Shown: positions 58,432 through 64,000 of the stretch, piece after piece
Numbering within the stretch: position 1 is the first letter of the stretch
Layout of the letters: the number at the start of each line of letters is the position of its first letter
Assembly (NCBI GenBank): GCA_051294375.1
Contig: CM119264.1
Location: 9,422,764 to 9,486,763 of the forward strand
DNA length: 64,000 bases
Direction of reading: 5' to 3'
DNA from: Paraspadella gotoi
Lineage: Eukaryota; Animalia; Chaetognatha
Program-made: the position numbers and the translations under genes
The notes under the pieces: generated by a model
Seen by the model: the letters and a program-made list of their open reading frames with translations, nothing else
Database searches by the model: none
What the model was told of the DNA's origin: nothing

Positions 58432-61400
58432 GCATCCTTGATCGAAGACCGTGAAAGCATGATCCCGCTTTTGCTTCTCTCCTACAGCAATTTCTTCATA
58501 TTTTCCTTTACCCCCCCCCCAACCGCTTTCTCCGATCGCATGACACAGGCTGATCACCTGCAACAACTCGACGATATGCAGCACAACCTGTTAGGTCTGA
58601 GGAGGGAGGTGAAGGTGTATCGAACAGTGGTGGCGCTGGAGACCCTGCTGTTCATGCTGCTGGTGGTGCTGTACACTCAAAACGACAAATCGACCTCGTC
58701 GTCGTTGTTGTCGTCTTTGACGGACCGTTTGACCGGAAGGGTTTCTCGCGAATCGGCCGTGGACGAAAGCGTCTGCTCTGGAAACACGTCCGTCGTTAAT
58801 GACGCTGACGAGGGCGTGGATGTCGTCGCCAATGACGACGGAGGACGCTTCCGTCGCAGAAACGCCTCGGATGACGAAAAGATAGGAGTCGGAAATTCTG
58901 ACCAAATCCTAAAAGTAGGTTGAACCCGTCCATTAAAAGTAGTGACAGTCGCTTACTCCAACCTTTCCTCTGTAGCTTAGTCGTAAACTTCTTGCGCTAA
59001 TAATGTCATATAATATTTTTAATATTATTAAACCTTGCTCCAGGCTACGAAATCTACTCAAACTGAATTCGCTCAAACTCAAGTTTCTGTGATTAACGAC
59101 AAGAATGAGGACTCCTCAACCTTGCCCCACAACTCCTCCTCCTCTTCCTCTCCTCCTCAAATCCCACCCCCTCCTCCTCTTCCTCCTCCTCCTGGGGCGG
59201 AGGGAGCTGGAATTTCCTCCCAAGTCGTCCTCATTCCTCCACCTCCTCTTCTCCCTCCTCCTCCACCGCCGCTCCCTCCGCCGGCTCCTCTACCAGTCGC
59301 TAAGTGAGTTTACAATATACAATTATACATGTATACATGTAAACATTATGTACTTAGAATATTAAAAGATAGATCAGTAGCCAGTTTTAATATCACATTT
59401 AAATATTATGTACAAAATACAGAGTAATTTAAGTTTAACTTGGTAGAGCCACCTGAATGTTGAGCAACCTTTTTTTCAAATTATAAAGTACCAATAACAG
59501 ACAGACCGGGTTTTATTAATTTTTTTTTCTATTTCGTTATCTGAATTTGTCATGCATTATTCTTTTTTAACTAATAGTATCAAAATTATCTCAGGAAGCG
59601 GCGCGTCGGCGGAGTCGGCGCCCGGCGTCCGATGATCTTCAGCGCGGCGACGCTCCACAACGCCAAAGAGGGACTCGGCAAAGTGGCGGAGGAGACGCCG
59701 GCGTTGTCTGAGATGCAGTCGCCCACGGTGGCCAACAAGTCTTTCGTGGTGGAGGACGAAGGTGGGTGGAGGACCTGGGGTGGGGGACCGAGGGTGGAGT
59801 ACCGAGAGTGGAGGACTTGATGGTGGAGGACCGAGGGTGGAGGGGAAATGGGAAGGAGGCTGTGTTAGATGAGCGTGGTGGATTAAATGGCAAAGATGGC
59901 CGTTTTGTAAAACCTATTGCCTTTCTCTCTCATCTTTTTCAGCCAACATGTCTTTCGAAACGAACTCATCCAAAGAGCCAGAGCAACAACCACAACAACA
60001 ACAAAATTCGGCGCTGTTAACGCCGCCCGAAACGCCGGAGGACGAGAAGCAGCAAAAGAAGAGTGAAAACGGCGACTCCGAGGCGGTAATAAATATTATA
60101 GTAATAGTAATAATAGTAATTTGTATCAGCTTGTACACCTGCTTTGTCCCCATATTTGTACCATGTCTTTCTTCCTCTTCTACCTGGTTTTCCCCTTTCG
60201 CAGACCCCACCCCCTGCCCCTGCCCTTCCTCCTCCTCCACCCGTCATCCCTTTTCGTTTCCCCGGAGCGCCCATCCCTCCTCCTCTTCCTCCCCCCCTTC
60301 GCCCGGGCCTCCCTTCCTCCTCCTCCTTTCCGGTCAGCACTTCGAAAAAGAAACCAGTGATGCCAAAAACTCAGCTAAAGGCCCTCTACTGGAACAGGAT
60401 TCAGGTCTACGGACCCAATCTCACGCTCACTGAAAAAGGCAAAGGTGAGGTGTAAGGTTAAATGCCTTTGTTCGGCATAAGTGATAGAAAACAATTTTTT
60501 TTATGGATTCACTTTTAAACTATTTGTTTCTGAAGCTTTGCTTATGGAAATATATACTAGATTGAACATTTTGAAAACCTTCGAAGGGGTATATTTCAGG
60601 GGGTATTAAGAAGTCGGGTCTTTTACGCTCATAAGCTTTACGGTATTACTGATTTAGCTTATAAACCCGTTTTTGAAATTCAACGCGTTTTCTTTCTCTT
60701 TAAATCAACACTAACCACGAACGCGCTTTCTACTCAACCTGCTTCTATTCCCCCCCCCCTGCCGGCTCCGTCAGGTTCCATCTGGGTGAATCTTAAAGAG
60801 CCGGAAGTTGACTTTGCGGAAATAGAGACGCTCTTCGAGAAGGTGGAGCACCGCCGGAAGGAAGGAAAGGGCGCCTCGGGGCCCAAGACGCGAACAGCGA
60901 GGCTTTTGGACTCCAAACGGTCGCTCAGCATCGGCGTACTCATCTCATCCGCTCACATCCGCTCCTGTGACGTTTACGACGCTGGTCAGAACTTGAGAGT
61001 TTTTTTTTTTTTCCTCTTTTAGTTTTGGTTATAAGAGTGGTTGGAGAGCTAATCAATTTTTGGTGGCTTTTTCTTCGTTTTAAAAATTATTTTTGTCCGT
61101 TTTTTTTTTTTTTTTTTTGTTTCTTACAAACATTTTAGGTTGGATCATTAATTGGTCAGAAATTTACAACATTGACAAAATGTGGTGGCCGTATTCAATT
61201 CTCTTTTGGCTGGAACATTTGCCATTTTCCCTCCTCCCACTCCTCCAGTGATCCACTGGGACAACTCCATCGTGGAGATGGAAGCCATCAAGAATCTCTA
61301 CTTCAACCAGTTGACCCCGAAGGAGCTTCTCATGATCAAAATCCACAAGGAATCCTTCCAACACATTCCTCTCGACAAGCCCGAGCAGTTCCTCTGGGAA

Positions 61401-63332
61401 ATGACCAAAATCCACGAGTTCGGCAACAGGGCATTTTGCATGATATTTCAGGTGGCGAAGAGGTTCTTATCGACTTTTCTCAAATAATTGGTTTCAGTCT
61501 GAAGATATTTCAGAAATTTTGGGGTTTGCGGATTTTAGTAAATTCATGTTTAATTGTTTATAAATTTGTTGTCGTAAAATATTTTTCAGCAAAAGTTCGA
61601 AGAATCGATCGCCGCCATCGAAGAAAAGTTGGACAATATGTACAAACTTTGCAAATCGATCTTGGACGACGGCGACATTAAAAAAATATTCGGAATCATC
61701 TTAGCTACAGGTTTTCATGCTTAAATCAAAGTTTTTTTAGCAATTTTATGCGTAGAAATGCATTTTATTAAAGGAAAAAAAAAATATATATTTTTGTTGA
61801 CTCCTCCGTGCTATTTTGTCAGGCAACTACCTCAACGGGGGATCAAGAGTCCGCGGCCAAGCGGACGGGTTCGGAATCGATATCCTTCCCAAACTCGCGG
61901 ATCTGAGAACAAAAGACAGCGAAGAAAATTTGCTTCATTTCATCGTTAGACAATTCAAGAAAACGAAAGGGAAAGAGAAGACGATGGAAAAAAAGGATGG
62001 GAAACACGAGGAAGTGAAGGAACTGGTGAGAAGATGATATAAATAGGAAACTTAATACGCACGATATCAATGATTAATCGAATAAAGAAAAAATAAACTT
62101 TGTTTTCCCTTTTTGGGACGTTTTTCTTAATTTTATTTCTACTAGTCAATAAAACGAAACGACAATCTATCTAAAAATCATCCTCATAGATTACTTAACA
62201 GAAATAAATAACTTTCGCTTTCGCCCCCAGGTGGACAAAACGGGAAACCCAGTCAACGCCTTGCTCATCCATGTCAAAAAGGGCGGGAACCTCGCCTCCT
62301 TCCGAGAAATGCTGGAGAGTCTGGAGGACGCGGAGCGATGTCGTCGAGCGCCGGCGCTGGAGTACCCCCTGCCGCCGACGAGCCGTTTCAAGATGGCGAC
62401 GCAGGTCAACTTTGAGACGGTCAAGTCAGATTTGGAGAAGATTCACAGGGATTTGGAGAAGTGCGATCAAAAGGCGGGAAAGGTCAGTGGAGAGTAGAGG
62501 AAGTGAATGAATGAAGAAATCGAGGAATTAATGAATTATTGAACCAAGGATTGAATTAATGTAGGAATGATTAAATGAATGAATGAATGAATGAATGAAT
62601 GAATGAATGAATGAATGAATGAATGAATGAATGAATGAATGAATGAATGAATCAATGAACGAATGATCGCTTGGAATTAATATTCGAATTATAACGCAGG
62701 TTCTAGCCTCCGCCGATGATGTCAACCGGGAGCCCTTCAACGAAATCATGTCTAACTTCATCAGAGATTCTTACCAACGCATCGCCTGCCAAAGAAGCCT
62801 CCTCGAAAATAGCCTAAATGCCTACAAGGTTCCGTTTATTGTGAATCGGACAAAGATAAAAAAATATTTATATTTAGTAAAAAATGATGCGCTATGTGGA
62901 TTGTGGAACTATGCAATATTATGCTTACCGTGCCTTACAATCTACTAATAACACAGTGCATTCTACTCTTTATTCTTTTAATCATTCGGAAAGAAGCTCA
63001 GCTTTTATTTAAAACAGATATTTGACAATATCGTAAGGGATGATTGTTTGTAAAATTGGGTGGGAAAAATCGGGATTGCTTGATTGAAAATGAAAATGAC
63101 AACTCAAGTTCAACACTACAATATGTAAATGAGATTGAGAAATTCAATCTCATTAAGATCATATTAAATAATCATAATAATACAATATTTATGATATTAT
63201 ATATATATTTTTTTATAGGATCTTTGCGAATATCTTTGCTACAAACCGGTGATGCCTTCAGAATCAAACGACGGGACTAACAACAGCCTTTCCAAAATTC
63301 TTCCTCCACCAAAGGACCTTTTTGCTTTATGG
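54307..63332 (+). CDS. FMN: Formin, FMN/Cappuccino subfamily (DEP-like region, coiled coil, FH1, FH2); 3' end beyond the window, 5' end uncertain
   Basis: DEP-like [11 protein letters not shown]...[10 protein letters not shown]...FKAESMYTW (57684-58005). Poly-Pro FH1 exons (59044-59303, 60203-60350). FH2: [91 protein letters not shown]|gt at 63332. Confidence 0.92.
54370..57093 (+). repeat. Tandem near-identical duplication of formin 5' exons (about 54370-55650 vs 55810-57093, plus a third fragment 55658-55798)
   Basis: Near-identical exons and introns; N gaps at 54283-54306 and 55799-55808. Confidence 0.88.
62575..62655. repeat. (GAAT)n microsatellite in a formin intron
   Basis: Directly visible; (TTTC)n/(GAAA)n arrays also at about 14130-14230, 25843-25933 and 52100-52195. 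Confidence 0.9.
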
Positions 63333-64000
63333 GTAAGAATGATGATAGTGAGGCGACTTACCTCCGGTCTCTCTCTCTAAACCCTTCTACAATAGTAGCT
63401 TTTCAGCTTTCCTCGTAAACATTCCAGTAGAAAATAGCATTTATATAATGAAAACAAATTATTTACCGATTCGAAAACCCTCGTCACAAAGAATTAAGTC
63501 GTTGATTTAATTTCATTAATTTTATAATAACTACTTAAAAAGTTAGTAACAAAGACAAACGAGATTCTACGTTTCTGCAACGTATTTCAAATATTCAAAT
63601 ATTCAAATAAACGTGCGATATATACGTAGTACTTGAAGAAGATATACGAGGTACGAGGTTGAAATGTATGTAGTAGATAATAATGATTTCGACGTCGATT
63701 AATAAGAAAGAAAAAAATGAGGTTGTAAGTTCTTGACTTGAGATTGTTTTTACACGCCGCCGACGACGACGACGACGACGAAAACGACGACGAAAACGAC
63801 GACTCCGGCTTCACTTTGTAACTTAGGTCATCTTGATGGTTGCGGTCAATTCTCGTCACCAATTAAACAAATCGAAAGTCCCGTTCGTAAATCCTAAGGT
63901 AGAGCAAACTTCGTCAATGGGGTGGGTCAGAAGTTTGATTTGGGAACCTTCCAAATGAAACTTCATACATTTCTGAGAAAACTTTCAATGGAGCAAAATT

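Overview
Eukaryotic, most likely invertebrate animal, DNA: AT-rich introns, GC-richer exons, many (GA)n/(TC)n and other microsatellites, and seven N gaps with indel-rich segments that look like long-read gap filling. The unspliced ORF track is mostly uninformative, so I spliced exons by hand. Six genes are supported: (1) an intact 6-exon aerolysin-like ETX/MTX2 beta-pore-forming protein gene (-, 16187-17957, 261 aa, no signal peptide); (2) the 3' part of a GDNF-family-receptor-like gene (Gfrl type, GFR domain plus RECK-like C-terminal region; +, 21037-24691); (3) an OATP/SLCO transporter (-, 26156 to about 34010); (4) a type-I membrane protein with signal peptide, PAN/apple domain and Cys-rich repeats (+, 45268-48906); (5) a Der p 7/Grp7-allergen-like (TULIP) lipid-binding protein with a GC-AG intron (-, 49242-51229); (6) an FMN/Cappuccino-type formin (+, about 54307 to beyond 63332) with altered FH2 actin-binding residues. 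The first 6 kb may hold a degraded KDZ-like DNA transposon (low confidence). Non-autonomous elements (foldback MITE, Helentron/DINE-like, tRNA-derived SINEs) are present. Large duplications at 36-49 kb, 42-43 kb and 54-57 kb are probably assembly artefacts. Family calls rest on remembered motifs, not database searches.
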